DNA of 28,116 bases from a virus. Its lineage: Duplodnaviria; Caudoviricetes. A program made the position numbers and the translations under genes. Positions 8,262-15,566 of this stretch are shown in pieces; positions within the stretch are counted from its first letter, which is position 1; the number at the start of each line of letters is the position of its first letter. The notes under the pieces were generated by a model. That model saw nothing but the letters and a program-made list of their open reading frames with translations, was not told the origin of the DNA and did not search any database. The stretch spans positions 1 through 28,116 of the IMG/VR virus record IMGVR_UViG_3300048858_000114, one strand, 5' to 3'.

Positions 8262-8668
8262 TGCTGTTCTCCGAGGGCCTTCGCAATGGCGGCGCGAGCT
8301 TTGTCCTTCAGTTCAAGAAATTTGGCGAGGTACTCGTCTGCACGCTCGGCGCTGATCCGGGAATCACGCGACTCCCTTTCCCACGCGTCGTCGTGCTCCA
8401 AGAATGCTTGCATCGTCTCCAGCAGATCCGGCGCGGCGCCTGCGAGCCTCGTGTTAGCGGCGACAACATCGCTGTGACGGCGGCCGCCTGTCTTAGTGTT
8501 CAGGTGCGTGAAGATGGCGATTTGGTTACCCTCTGCATCCCGCACGTAGCAGGCTTCCGCGATGTCGGCTTCCCAAGGCCCGGGCGTGTGCTTCGGCTCT
8601 GCCTTCACCGCTGCGAACACCCGAGCAAGCCCGGCATCGGTCCACTGGTTTGCGTTGTGTGCGGTCAT
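8258..8668 (-). CDS. Conserved phage hypothetical protein, 'KHTPGPW' family (136 aa)
   Basis: KHTPGPW...ANTRLAGAAPDLLE...ARAAIAKALG; GGAGG RBS. Confidence 0.8.
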   Translation of the reverse strand: MTAHNANQWTDAGLARVFAAVKAEPKHTPGPWEADIAEACYVRDAEGNQIAIFTHLNTKTGGRRHSDVVAANTRLAGAAPDLLETMQAFLEHDDAWERESRDSRISAERADEYLAKFLELKDKARAAIAKALGEQQ

Positions 8669-8955
8669 GCGACCCTCCGTGCTGCAAGTTCGTGAATCGG
8701 CGTGAAGCGCGACATCGGCGTCGCCTCGCGGTCCCACTGGGCCAGTTGCTCACCAGCCAGCCGCTCATACGAGTCGCGCAGGTCGACCAGCATTTCCACC
8801 GTGTCGACGCGGTAGTCGTTGACGTTCGTGTACTCGCGCGGGTCGGTGGCCAGGACTTCCAGCATCTCGGCCAGCATGGATTCCTGCTGCGCCGGCGTGA
8901 GCCCGTCCATCAGCTCGCGGACTTCTTGGGTGATCGTTCGGATGGTGGTTGCCAT
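8665..8955 (-). CDS. Hypothetical acidic helical protein (96 aa)
   Basis: GGAG..AAGG upstream of ATG 8955; ATGA overlap downstream. Confidence 0.7.
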   Translation of the reverse strand: MATTIRTITQEVRELMDGLTPAQQESMLAEMLEVLATDPREYTNVNDYRVDTVEMLVDLRDSYERLAGEQLAQWDREATPMSRFTPIHELAARRVA

Positions 8956-8959
8956 GGCC

Positions 8960-9142
8960 TTACTCCGCGGTGGCGAACGCTTCAAACTCCGCGTCCGTCA
9001 TGTCTGTGGTGTCGATCCAGTCGCGGTACACAAGACGAATCAGCGCCGGGGCAACCCAACGGAACACGGTCCGCTCGGGGTTCGAGCAGTAGAGGAATCC
9101 TTCCGCTCGAAGAATGCTGTTCTCTGCCAGGGGGTGGGCCAT
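8960..9142 (-). CDS. First gene of PL operon, hypothetical (60 aa)
   Basis: GGAG RBS before ATG 9142; immediately downstream of the predicted PL. Confidence 0.65.
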   Translation of the reverse strand: MAHPLAENSILRAEGFLYCSNPERTVFRWVAPALIRLVYRDWIDTTDMTDAEFEAFATAE

Positions 9143-9177
9143 CGCTTGCTCCATCGGGGTGCTGCGTCGATGGATTC

Positions 9178-9206
9178 ATTAAACAACACGTTTAACGCGA
9201 TGTCAA
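9178..9206 (-). promoter_or_regulatory. PL-like sigma70 promoter
   Basis: Minus strand TTGACA (9206-9201), 17 bp spacer, TTTAAT (9183-9178). Confidence 0.8.
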
Positions 9207-9218
9207 ACAAAATGTTTA
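9180..9218. promoter_or_regulatory. OL operators (2)
   Basis: TAAACaacacGTTTA (9180-9194) and CAAACaaaatGTTTA (9204-9218); same palindrome as at OR. Confidence 0.8.
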
Positions 9219-9230
9219 ATTGATGGGCGT

Positions 9231-9255
9231 AAAAAATCCCGCCTCGGTGGGCGGG
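9231..9255 (-). terminator. Intrinsic terminator ending the repressor operon
   Basis: CCCGCC-6nt-GGCGGG stem followed by ATTTTTT on the minus strand. Confidence 0.75.
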
Positions 9256-9278
9256 CCTTGGGGAGCACGGGGAGGGCG

Positions 9279-9554
9279 CTAGTTGATAAGCTTAGCTGCT
9301 GCGAAGGCCAAGCCGGTCAGTGTGCATGCTGTGCCGATAAACCACTTCAGGAGCGTGCTTTCCAACCCCGACACGTCTGCTTTGGTGGCGACATGGTCGA
9401 GCTTGGTCTCGATGCGTGCGAGTCGTTCGCGCGCATCGGTATTAGCGATTTCCAGAGCTTTAAGGCGGGCTTCCATGGCGCTATCTTGACCATTCCCGCC
9501 GCCGCCGTCAAATTCCCGCTTCCTTCGCCCATCGAATTCGACGAGGTCACCCAC
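9279..9554 (-). CDS. Coiled-coil protein with C-terminal TM helix (DUF1640/XhlA-like architecture)
   Basis: GGGGNG..MEARLKALE...ATKADV..LE..LLKWFIGT + hydrophobic tail; GTG at 9554 with GGAG upstream. Confidence 0.75.
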   Translation of the reverse strand: MGDLVEFDGRRKREFDGGGGNGQDSAMEARLKALEIANTDARERLARIETKLDHVATKADVSGLESTLLKWFIGTACTLTGLAFAAAKLIN

Positions 9555-9804
9555 GGCTCTTCTCCCATTCCAAAATTGTTTCCTTGTCGAAAAGGAGCAA
9601 GTAGCCACAGTTTGAACAGTGAATCTTCACTACCTCAGTGGCAAGTCCCGAAGCTAAGATCTCAGAGTCATGAACGTACGGTATGCCGGCTGCGGCTCGG
9701 TCAAGACGCCACGTCACGTCCTTCCGGCAAGCCGGACAACTCTCTAGATGTATCCCTTTTGCCTCTGCGAAGCGGTCGAAAAGGTCTTCAGTCACGTACT
9801 TCAC
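9547..9804 (-). CDS. Zinc-ribbon protein (85 aa)
   Basis: CPAC...CSNCGY; GTG start with GAGG RBS 9 nt after the repressor stop. Confidence 0.75.
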   Translation of the reverse strand: MKYVTEDLFDRFAEAKGIHLESCPACRKDVTWRLDRAAAGIPYVHDSEILASGLATEVVKIHCSNCGYLLLFDKETILEWEKSRG

Positions 9805-9813
9805 GGCGTTTCC

Positions 9814-10731
9814 TCAATCTGGCCGCCAGGCCGACGGCTTTACGATCGCCTCAACGAACGACACCTTCTCGATGTCGCCAGCAGGGATCTTGATCGGCTT
9901 ATGAGTCTGATTCACTGAAAGTAGGGTGGTGTAGCCATCCCTTGTGAAGCCAAGCATCTTCACCATGACCCGGCCGTCCTTCGACTTCACGAGAACCTCG
10001 TCACCGTTCTGCACGGGATGGTTGGGCGCGATAACAACAAACTCGCCGTCCTTGATCCGCGGCTCCATGGAGTCGCCGGTGCATTTCAGCCCGTAAGCAT
10101 CCGGGTCGTTGCTGATGAAGTGCAGGTAGCCATCGCCATGGCCTACGGGGTATTCGAGGTCGCAGAACAAGCCGTTGTCTCCTAACTGCGCCATCGCCAC
10201 TACGGGGATCTTCCTGTACTTAGCCTGATTGATGGGCTCGGGCCGGTAATCGTCCTGCGCTACCGCGACCCGCTTCTGGCCCTTGCCCATAACAAGCCAA
10301 ACAGCGTTGTAGCCGAACGCGTCCTGGATGCCCGCTGCGTATTCGAGCTTCATGGATTTTATTTGGCCGCTGAGCCACTGGCCCACCGTGCCCTTAGTGA
10401 CGCCGGCCGCCTTCGCGAGCGCGGTTGCTTCCGCCTTGGTTTCCTCAAGGATCAACTGGATGCGTTCGCTCAGTCCGGTGTCTTTTGGGGCGGACACCTC
10501 AGCGGCAGCCTCCGGGTCAGTTGTCATTGGCGGCTGGCCCGTCTGCAGCCAGGTGGCGCTGCACCCGATCAGCTTCTGGGCCTCGATCATCCCCGCCCGG
10601 GACATGCCGCGGCGCTCCCAGTTGTTGATGGTCTGCTGGGACTGGTTGAGCGCCCGCGCGACGTCCGTAGGCGTCTCAAGGTCCTTCAGGGTGCGTGCAG
10701 CCTCATAGAGGCGAACCATCGTTTCGTGCAT
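9814..10731 (-). CDS. cI: CI-like repressor: two tandem XRE HTH domains + S24 peptidase (305 aa)
   Basis: HTH1 DVARALNQSQQTINNWERRG..WLQTG; HTH2 ALAKAAGVTKGTVGQWLSG..WLVMGKG; S24 GDSMEP...VKML; divergent from cro; start placed at 10731 because longer starts run through OR. Confidence 0.9.
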   Translation of the reverse strand: MHETMVRLYEAARTLKDLETPTDVARALNQSQQTINNWERRGMSRAGMIEAQKLIGCSATWLQTGQPPMTTDPEAAAEVSAPKDTGLSERIQLILEETKAEATALAKAAGVTKGTVGQWLSGQIKSMKLEYAAGIQDAFGYNAVWLVMGKGQKRVAVAQDDYRPEPINQAKYRKIPVVAMAQLGDNGLFCDLEYPVGHGDGYLHFISNDPDAYGLKCTGDSMEPRIKDGEFVVIAPNHPVQNGDEVLVKSKDGRVMVKMLGFTRDGYTTLLSVNQTHKPIKIPAGDIEKVSFVEAIVKPSAWRPD

Positions 10732-10751
10732 GCGCGCGATGGTCTCACACG

Positions 10752-10805
10752 TAAACGCTTTGTTGATAAACATGACGTTTGCCTTTTGACTAAACGTGGT
10801 GTTTA
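10752..10805. promoter_or_regulatory. OR operators (3)
   Basis: TAAACgctttGTTGA (10752-10766), TAAACatgacGTTTG (10767-10781), TAAACgtggtGTTTA (10791-10805). Confidence 0.8.
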
Positions 10806-10807
10806 AT
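10779..10807 (+). promoter_or_regulatory. PR-like sigma70 promoter
   Basis: TTGCCT (10779-10784), 17 bp spacer, TTTAAT (10802-10807); operators placed as at PL. Confidence 0.7.
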
Positions 10808-10813
10808 GTGGGC

Positions 10814-11029
10814 ATGGATATCCGAAGCGGGGACGTTATGGACCGGGATGTGATCGACCGCCTCGGCGGGTCGTCAAAAGTGGCCGAGCTGCTGGGCTTC
10901 GACAAGCGCGGCGGTGTTCAGCGCGTGAGCAACTGGAAGAAGCGCGGCATTCCTTCCGCGATCAAGCTGTCGCGTCCTGACCTTTTCCCACAGCCACAGA
11001 CTCGTGAACGGACTGCCGTAGCTGCGTAG
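10814..11029 (+). CDS. cro: Cro-like / YdaS-like HTH regulator
   Basis: VIDRLGGSSKVAELLG....QRVSNWKKRGIP...RPDLF; start at 10814 or 10838. Confidence 0.85.
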   Translation: MDIRSGDVMDRDVIDRLGGSSKVAELLGFDKRGGVQRVSNWKKRGIPSAIKLSRPDLFPQPQTRERTAVAA

Positions 11030-11207
11030 CTACTGGCGGCGCGTCCTGTTGCAGGACACGGCCTTGATGCATCGGCGTTGCAGCAGACGATGCCGGCCGA
11101 GAAGGAGCGCGCGGCGAAGGGAGAGACGGGAAGTAGCGGTTCTCATGTTGCGACCCTGGTGTTGTTTTTGGTGTGAGGCCAGTATCGGCCAAGGTGGAGA
11201 GAAAGGC

Positions 11208-11780
11208 ATGCGAAACGAATCGCAGAAAACGAGACTGACCCTGCTGATGGACGTGGTCTGCGCATGGAAGGACAGGGTAGGGAGTCGGGAGGCAGTGGCG
11301 ATCGAGATCGTCAAGGCTCACCGGGCGAATGGCTTGGACCGACTGCCGAAGCTCAGCTTCGAGACCGCCGGCGATTCCTTCACGCTGGCGAAGAACGCCG
11401 CGGACCGGATCTTTCGCTGGCTGGACGACAAGTCCAAGGATACGAACTTCATGCCAGCCAACTTCGAGGACTCGATCCTAGCCGCCATGCCGCGGGATCT
11501 GCTGATCGCCTACGAGAACGAGCGCCTGGCGAAGTTCGGCCTGTGCGTGCGGGGGCTTGATGGATCGGACGGAGCCGGCTTCAACCCCGTCAAGCACCTA
11601 GTATCGATCGCCAAAGAAACGTCCGAAGCGCAGACGGCAATGGCAAACCTTGCGGATGGCGCTACGCCTGCCGAACTGGAAGCCGCCGCCCGCGAGCTCG
11701 CAGAGGCAGAAGAATCGATCCGGTCCGCTCGTGCTGAGGTTGCCGCACAGATGGGCTGCACGCTCAAGGCGGTGGCTTAA
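11208..11780 (+). CDS. YdaT-like (CII-position) transcriptional regulator (190 aa)
   Basis: Between cro and replication initiator; NAADRIFRWLDD...SILAAMP motif; C-terminal KETSEA helical bundle; GGAG/AAGG RBS. Confidence 0.7.
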   Translation: MRNESQKTRLTLLMDVVCAWKDRVGSREAVAIEIVKAHRANGLDRLPKLSFETAGDSFTLAKNAADRIFRWLDDKSKDTNFMPANFEDSILAAMPRDLLIAYENERLAKFGLCVRGLDGSDGAGFNPVKHLVSIAKETSEAQTAMANLADGATPAELEAAARELAEAEESIRSARAEVAAQMGCTLKAVA

Positions 11781-11783
11781 GTC

Positions 11784-12605
11784 ATGAAGCGCCCAGCGTT
11801 CCAGTTCTATCCAGCCGATTGGCGCAAAGACACGGCGCTGCAAGGCTGCTCGCTGCTTGCGCGGGGCCTGTGGCACGAAATGCTATGCCTGATGCACGAG
11901 TGCGAGCCCTACGGACACCTTTCGGTGAATGGCAAGCCAATGAAGCCGGCGCAGGTGGCACGCCTCGTAGGCATTAGCGAGAAGGAATATCAGCGCCTGT
12001 TGAGCGAGCTGATGGAGGCTGGGGTGCCGTCCGTTTCAGACGAAGGTTGCGTCTTCTCTCGTCGGATGGTCCGCGATGAGCATATCCGAAATGTGAGAGC
12101 TGAGGCGGGAAAGAAGGGCGGGAATCCAAAATTGGTTGGCAGTAAGGATAAGCAAAAGGATAACCAAACTGACAACCAAAGCGCCAAGCAAACTCCAACC
12201 CCTTCATCTTCTTCTTCATCTTCAACTACAGAAAAACAAGCAGAACCTATCGGTTCTGGCGCTGACGCGCCGCGACTGAGCCCCAGCGAGGCGCTGTTCC
12301 AGGTCGCTGTCCCGTGGCTTGTGGAGCGCGGTGTGCCCGACAAATCAGCCCGCTCGCTGCTGGGCGCAGCACGCAAGCAACTCGGCGATGACGGCGCGTG
12401 GGCATTGGCGTCGTCGTGCATCGACGCATCGCCTTTGGATCCGGTGCCGTGGCTCACAGCGGCCCTCAAGACCCGGATCGCGACGAAGCCCGCCGTCCGC
12501 ACGAACTCGATGCAATCCCGCAGTGACGCGAACATCCAAGGCTTCCTTGACAGCTTCGGGGGCCACAACGGCGCGATGGTGATCGACATGGAGGACGTGC
12601 GATGA
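11784..12605 (+). CDS. Replication initiator (O-position, YdaU/DUF1376-like wHTH)
   Basis: KRPAFQFYPADW...ARGLW..MLCLM...SRRMVRD...GKKGGNP; central repeat/Ser-rich linker. Confidence 0.8.
   Translation: MKRPAFQFYPADWRKDTALQGCSLLARGLWHEMLCLMHECEPYGHLSVNGKPMKPAQVARLVGISEKEYQRLLSELMEAGVPSVSDEGCVFSRRMVRDEHIRNVRAEAGKKGGNPKLVGSKDKQKDNQTDNQSAKQTPTPSSSSSSSTTEKQAEPIGSGADAPRLSPSEALFQVAVPWLVERGVPDKSARSLLGAARKQLGDDGAWALASSCIDASPLDPVPWLTAALKTRIATKPAVRTNSMQSRSDANIQGFLDSFGGHNGAMVIDMEDVR
12147..12194 (+). repeat. Four imperfect 12-bp tandem repeats (candidate ori iterons)
   Basis: GATAAGCAAAAG / GATAACCAAACT / GACAACCAAAGC / GCCAAGCAAACT in an A-rich patch inside the initiator gene. Confidence 0.65.
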
Positions 12606-13336
12606 ACGAGCAGGACAAGAGCGAATTCGCCCAGGTCGTGCGGGCAACGTTCAACAACTACGGCCGTGAAGCTCCGATGCAGGAGACGTTGCGCATGTGG
12701 TGGGGAATCCTTGCCGACTTCGACATCGCAGCCGTGCGCATCGCGTTCTCCAAGCACATCACGACGGAGCCGAAGTTTCCGCCGACAGTCGGGCAGATCC
12801 TGGAAATCCTCAACGCTGGCAACAAGACTGGCCGCTTAGGTGCCGAGGAAGCGTGGGCGTTGGCGGTCAGGGCTTGCGACGAGTCCGAGACAGTGATCAT
12901 GAACGACGAGATCGCGCAAGCCTGGGGCGTCTGCAAGCCGGTCATGGACTTGGGCGATGAGGTGGGTGCCCGCATGGCCTTCAAGGAGGCATACCAGCGC
13001 ATCACTGCCGCAGCTACTGGACCCGTGAAGTGGTGGCCGTCCATCGGCAGCGATCCCCACAAGCGTGACACGGCGCTGTCCGAGGCGAAGCGCCAAGGCT
13101 TGTTGCCCGCGCCTCATGTGGCTGGCCTGCTGCCGCCGGCTGCAACAGTGTCGGGGGAATCTGGTAGCCCCGAAGGGTTGAAGCGGCTGAAGGAGGCTAT
13201 GGCGGCGCTCAGGCTTAAGAACGAGGCCGACGCCGATCAAGCGGCGCGTGAGCGTGAGCATGCCCGCAAGGCGGAGGCTCATAAGAAAGCGCAGATCGCA
13301 GCCCGTGTGGCCGAGTACGAGCGGGAGAAGGCATGA
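12602..13336 (+). CDS. Replication protein in P position (putative helicase loader/inhibitor)
   Basis: WWGILADF..AAVRIAFSKH....KFPPTVGQI...AEEAWA; ATGA-coupled to initiator. Confidence 0.7.
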   Translation: MNEQDKSEFAQVVRATFNNYGREAPMQETLRMWWGILADFDIAAVRIAFSKHITTEPKFPPTVGQILEILNAGNKTGRLGAEEAWALAVRACDESETVIMNDEIAQAWGVCKPVMDLGDEVGARMAFKEAYQRITAAATGPVKWWPSIGSDPHKRDTALSEAKRQGLLPAPHVAGLLPPAATVSGESGSPEGLKRLKEAMAALRLKNEADADQAAREREHARKAEAHKKAQIAARVAEYEREKA

Positions 13337-13827
13337 CCGAAACCGAAATGCTCGCCATCGCTACGTGCTGCGACCCGGAGCCGGTGCCGTTGCCTCGGTA
13401 CTGCTCGTTCACGGTGCCGGGCCAGCCGGTCGCCAAGGGCAGGGCGCGATTCGCGCGCCGCGGCAACTTCGTCACGACATACACGCCGGAGCCCACCGCC
13501 CGCTACGAAAACCTAGTGAAGGTGGCAGCAGCGGAAGCCATGAAGGGCGCGACGCCGATGCAAGGGCCCATCCGGCTCGGTGTGTCGATCCTCCTGCAGA
13601 TCCCGGCGAGCTGGTCGAAGCGCAAACAGGCACAGGCATTGGACGGACTGATCGCGGCAACAAAGAAGCCGGACGCAGACAACGTGCTCAAGGCGATCAA
13701 AGACGGGATGAACGGCGTGGTCTACCTGGACGACGCCCAGGCGGTCGAGATTCAGGTGATGAAGCGATACGCGGCGGTGCCGGGTGTGTCGGTGGTGGCC
13801 GAAGAGCTGCCGCTGGAACGGGCATAG
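13333..13827 (+). CDS. rusA: RusA-family Holliday junction resolvase
   Basis: VPGQPVAKGRARF...KKPDADNVLKAIKDGMNGVVYLDDAQ. Confidence 0.93.
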   Translation: MTETEMLAIATCCDPEPVPLPRYCSFTVPGQPVAKGRARFARRGNFVTTYTPEPTARYENLVKVAAAEAMKGATPMQGPIRLGVSILLQIPASWSKRKQAQALDGLIAATKKPDADNVLKAIKDGMNGVVYLDDAQAVEIQVMKRYAAVPGVSVVAEELPLERA

Positions 13828-13836
13828 GAGGGAGAG

Positions 13837-14214
13837 ATGGATAGCAGGGAAAGAAGCGTTGGGGAACTGCTCAGAGAAGCGTTCCTTCGCGGCGAGAAGG
13901 TGAGCGCGCCGGAATTCGCAGAGCGGATTGGCGGGACTCGGGCGGGTATCAGCTCCGCCATGAAGCAGTTTGGGACCATCGTTCGGGCCCGCAGGGTGGC
14001 CGGTATGGCTAACGCGGTGCAATGGGAGTGCGTTGATCTCGACGCTATGGAGCGGTGGGTTCCGAAGCGCCGATTCGTGCCGCGGCGTGAGCGCAAGGCT
14101 CAGCCGGAATCCCATCACCTCATGCAGGTATGGGGCATCCGGGTGGTGGACATCTCGCTCCCGTACCAGCGCCACAGCATGGCTATGGATGACAACCTGG
14201 AGGAAGCGGCATGA
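13837..14214 (+). CDS. Hypothetical protein with HTH-like N-terminus
   Basis: SAPEFAERIGGTRAGISSAMKQ; strong GGAGGGAG RBS. Confidence 0.7.
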   Translation: MDSRERSVGELLREAFLRGEKVSAPEFAERIGGTRAGISSAMKQFGTIVRARRVAGMANAVQWECVDLDAMERWVPKRRFVPRRERKAQPESHHLMQVWGIRVVDISLPYQRHSMAMDDNLEEAA

Positions 14215-14414
14215 AGCGAGTTGACTTAAATATCAAGGACAAGGCGGAAACGGCGGCCGAAACTCCATCGGCTTGCGATATGCGTCAAGCCACCACCTTT
14301 GATCGGCTTGCAAACGGCCTCTGCGCAGGTGGCCGATTCCTGTTCTGGTCAGCGGCTTTCGTGGTGATGCTGCCGTTTGCGGTCACGGCGCTCGCTGTAA
14401 CGGGGCGGTCATGA
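14211..14414 (+). CDS. Small membrane protein (67 aa)
   Basis: C-terminal hydrophobic FLFWSAAFVVMLPFAVTALAV; ATGA overlaps at both ends. Confidence 0.65.
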   Translation: MKRVDLNIKDKAETAAETPSACDMRQATTFDRLANGLCAGGRFLFWSAAFVVMLPFAVTALAVTGRS

Positions 14415-14752
14415 GCGACCAGAGCGAGATCAACATCTTCCGCGCGCTGGACTTCATCCGGGACAACGCTAAGCACTACGCGAAGGCGAAGGCAGACCGC
14501 GTGTATCTGGAGGAATTCCGGAAAAGCAAGAAGGCCATGCTGATGAAGGCGGCCGAGCCGGACTATCCCTCGTCGGTCGCCCAAGAACGGGAGGCATACC
14601 GGCATCCCGAGTATGCGGAGCTGCTGAACGGACTGCGGGAGGCGGTAGAGGCGGAGGAAGTGCTGAGGTGGCAGATGGTGGCGGCGCAGGCAAAGATCGA
14701 AGTGTGGCGGACCATCGAGGCTAATAGGCGGGCGGAGGCCAAGACGCTATGA
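14411..14752 (+). CDS. Conserved helical phage protein (UvsY-like coiled coil, tentative)
   Basis: YAKAKADRVYLEEFRKSKKA...EREAYRHPEY...IEVWRTIEAN. Confidence 0.75.
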   Translation: MSDQSEINIFRALDFIRDNAKHYAKAKADRVYLEEFRKSKKAMLMKAAEPDYPSSVAQEREAYRHPEYAELLNGLREAVEAEEVLRWQMVAAQAKIEVWRTIEANRRAEAKTL

Positions 14753-15045
14753 GCAAGATCCGAAAGAGCGCAAACGGCCGTGACTGCCAAGTGCGCATAC
14801 CCGGTGTCTGCACCTTCGACCCTGCGACCACGATCTGGAGCCACTACCGGGGCGAGGCAGGTGGGAAGGGCGGGGCTATCAAGTCGGACGACATCTGTGG
14901 GGCGTATGCCTGCACGGCCTGCGACGCCGTATATGACGGCCAGCGACCCCGACCGGAGGGCATGACGAAGGAAGAGGTCGATCTGGACTGGCTGGTCGGG
15001 CATATCAGGTCGATCCGGATCCTAGCGCGAGAGGGGCTGATTTGA
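14749..15045 (+). CDS. DUF1364/YbcO-family putative nuclease
   Basis: SKIRKSANGRDCQVRIPGVC...TT..SH...K.DD..GAYACTACD. Confidence 0.85.
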   Translation: MSKIRKSANGRDCQVRIPGVCTFDPATTIWSHYRGEAGGKGGAIKSDDICGAYACTACDAVYDGQRPRPEGMTKEEVDLDWLVGHIRSIRILAREGLI

Positions 15046-15073
15046 TGTACGGGGAACGAGGGAGGGCAGGACC

Positions 15074-15475
15074 ATGACGCAAGACGAATCCATGCAGATC
15101 GAGGAAGCGCTACAGGCTTGGAGCCGGTGGCAGCATCGCCAGTCCTTCGCAGAGATCCGCGGCATGTGGTATCCGTCCGCCGATTCGTCATGCCGGGAGT
15201 TTCGATCCACAGACCTGTGGGAGGAAACTGCCGATATGGGAGAAGAGGCAGACCGGCGTCTGGATGCGTCCATCGGGGAGATCGTTGACCGTCTGCTGAC
15301 CGGGATGAGCCAGGAGCATAGGGTCGCGGTGAATCTGCACCTGATGAACCGTGACCATGCGGTATGGCGAAGCGTCCGGGTAGCCGAGGTACACGCGGTC
15401 TACCAGGCGGCCAAGGAAACCATGCTCCCGTCCTTACGGCTGCTTGGTGTTGTACGAATGACAGAAGCGGCGTGA
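15074..15475 (+). CDS. Late antiterminator, Q-like
   Basis: IEEALQAWSRW N-terminus; last early gene, followed by a promoter + terminator (pR'/tR' arrangement). Confidence 0.7.
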   Translation: MTQDESMQIEEALQAWSRWQHRQSFAEIRGMWYPSADSSCREFRSTDLWEETADMGEEADRRLDASIGEIVDRLLTGMSQEHRVAVNLHLMNRDHAVWRSVRVAEVHAVYQAAKETMLPSLRLLGVVRMTEAA

Positions 15476-15481
15476 CAAGAG

Positions 15482-15510
15482 TTGTAAACCGGAAAGAAAG
15501 GTGCTTTAAT
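15482..15510 (+). promoter_or_regulatory. Late promoter (pR'-like)
   Basis: TTGTAA (15482-15487), 17 bp spacer, TTTAAT (15505-15510). Confidence 0.7.
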
Positions 15511-15535
15511 AGGTGCCGGGACAGTGCGCCCAGAG

Positions 15536-15566
15536 AAAGCCGGTCGGAGAAATCCACCGGCTTTTT
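15536..15566 (+). terminator. tR'-like intrinsic terminator
   Basis: AAAGCCGGT...ACCGGCTTT stem with GGA-GAAA-TCC tip, followed by T run. Confidence 0.8.

Noticed and set aside
10732-10905. N-terminal extension of the repressor in the ORF track
   Set aside because: Runs through OR operators, PR and the cro start; domain homology begins at Met 10731
11030-11146. 38-aa Arg-rich minus-strand ORF in the cro-cII spacer (N-like ARM peptide?)
   Set aside because: Weak RBS, wrong position for N, and Arg richness is expected in GC-rich non-coding frames; not excluded but unsupported
12147-12194. CRISPR-like or VNTR array
   Set aside because: Short degenerate 12-mers without spacers inside a CDS; better explained as iterons
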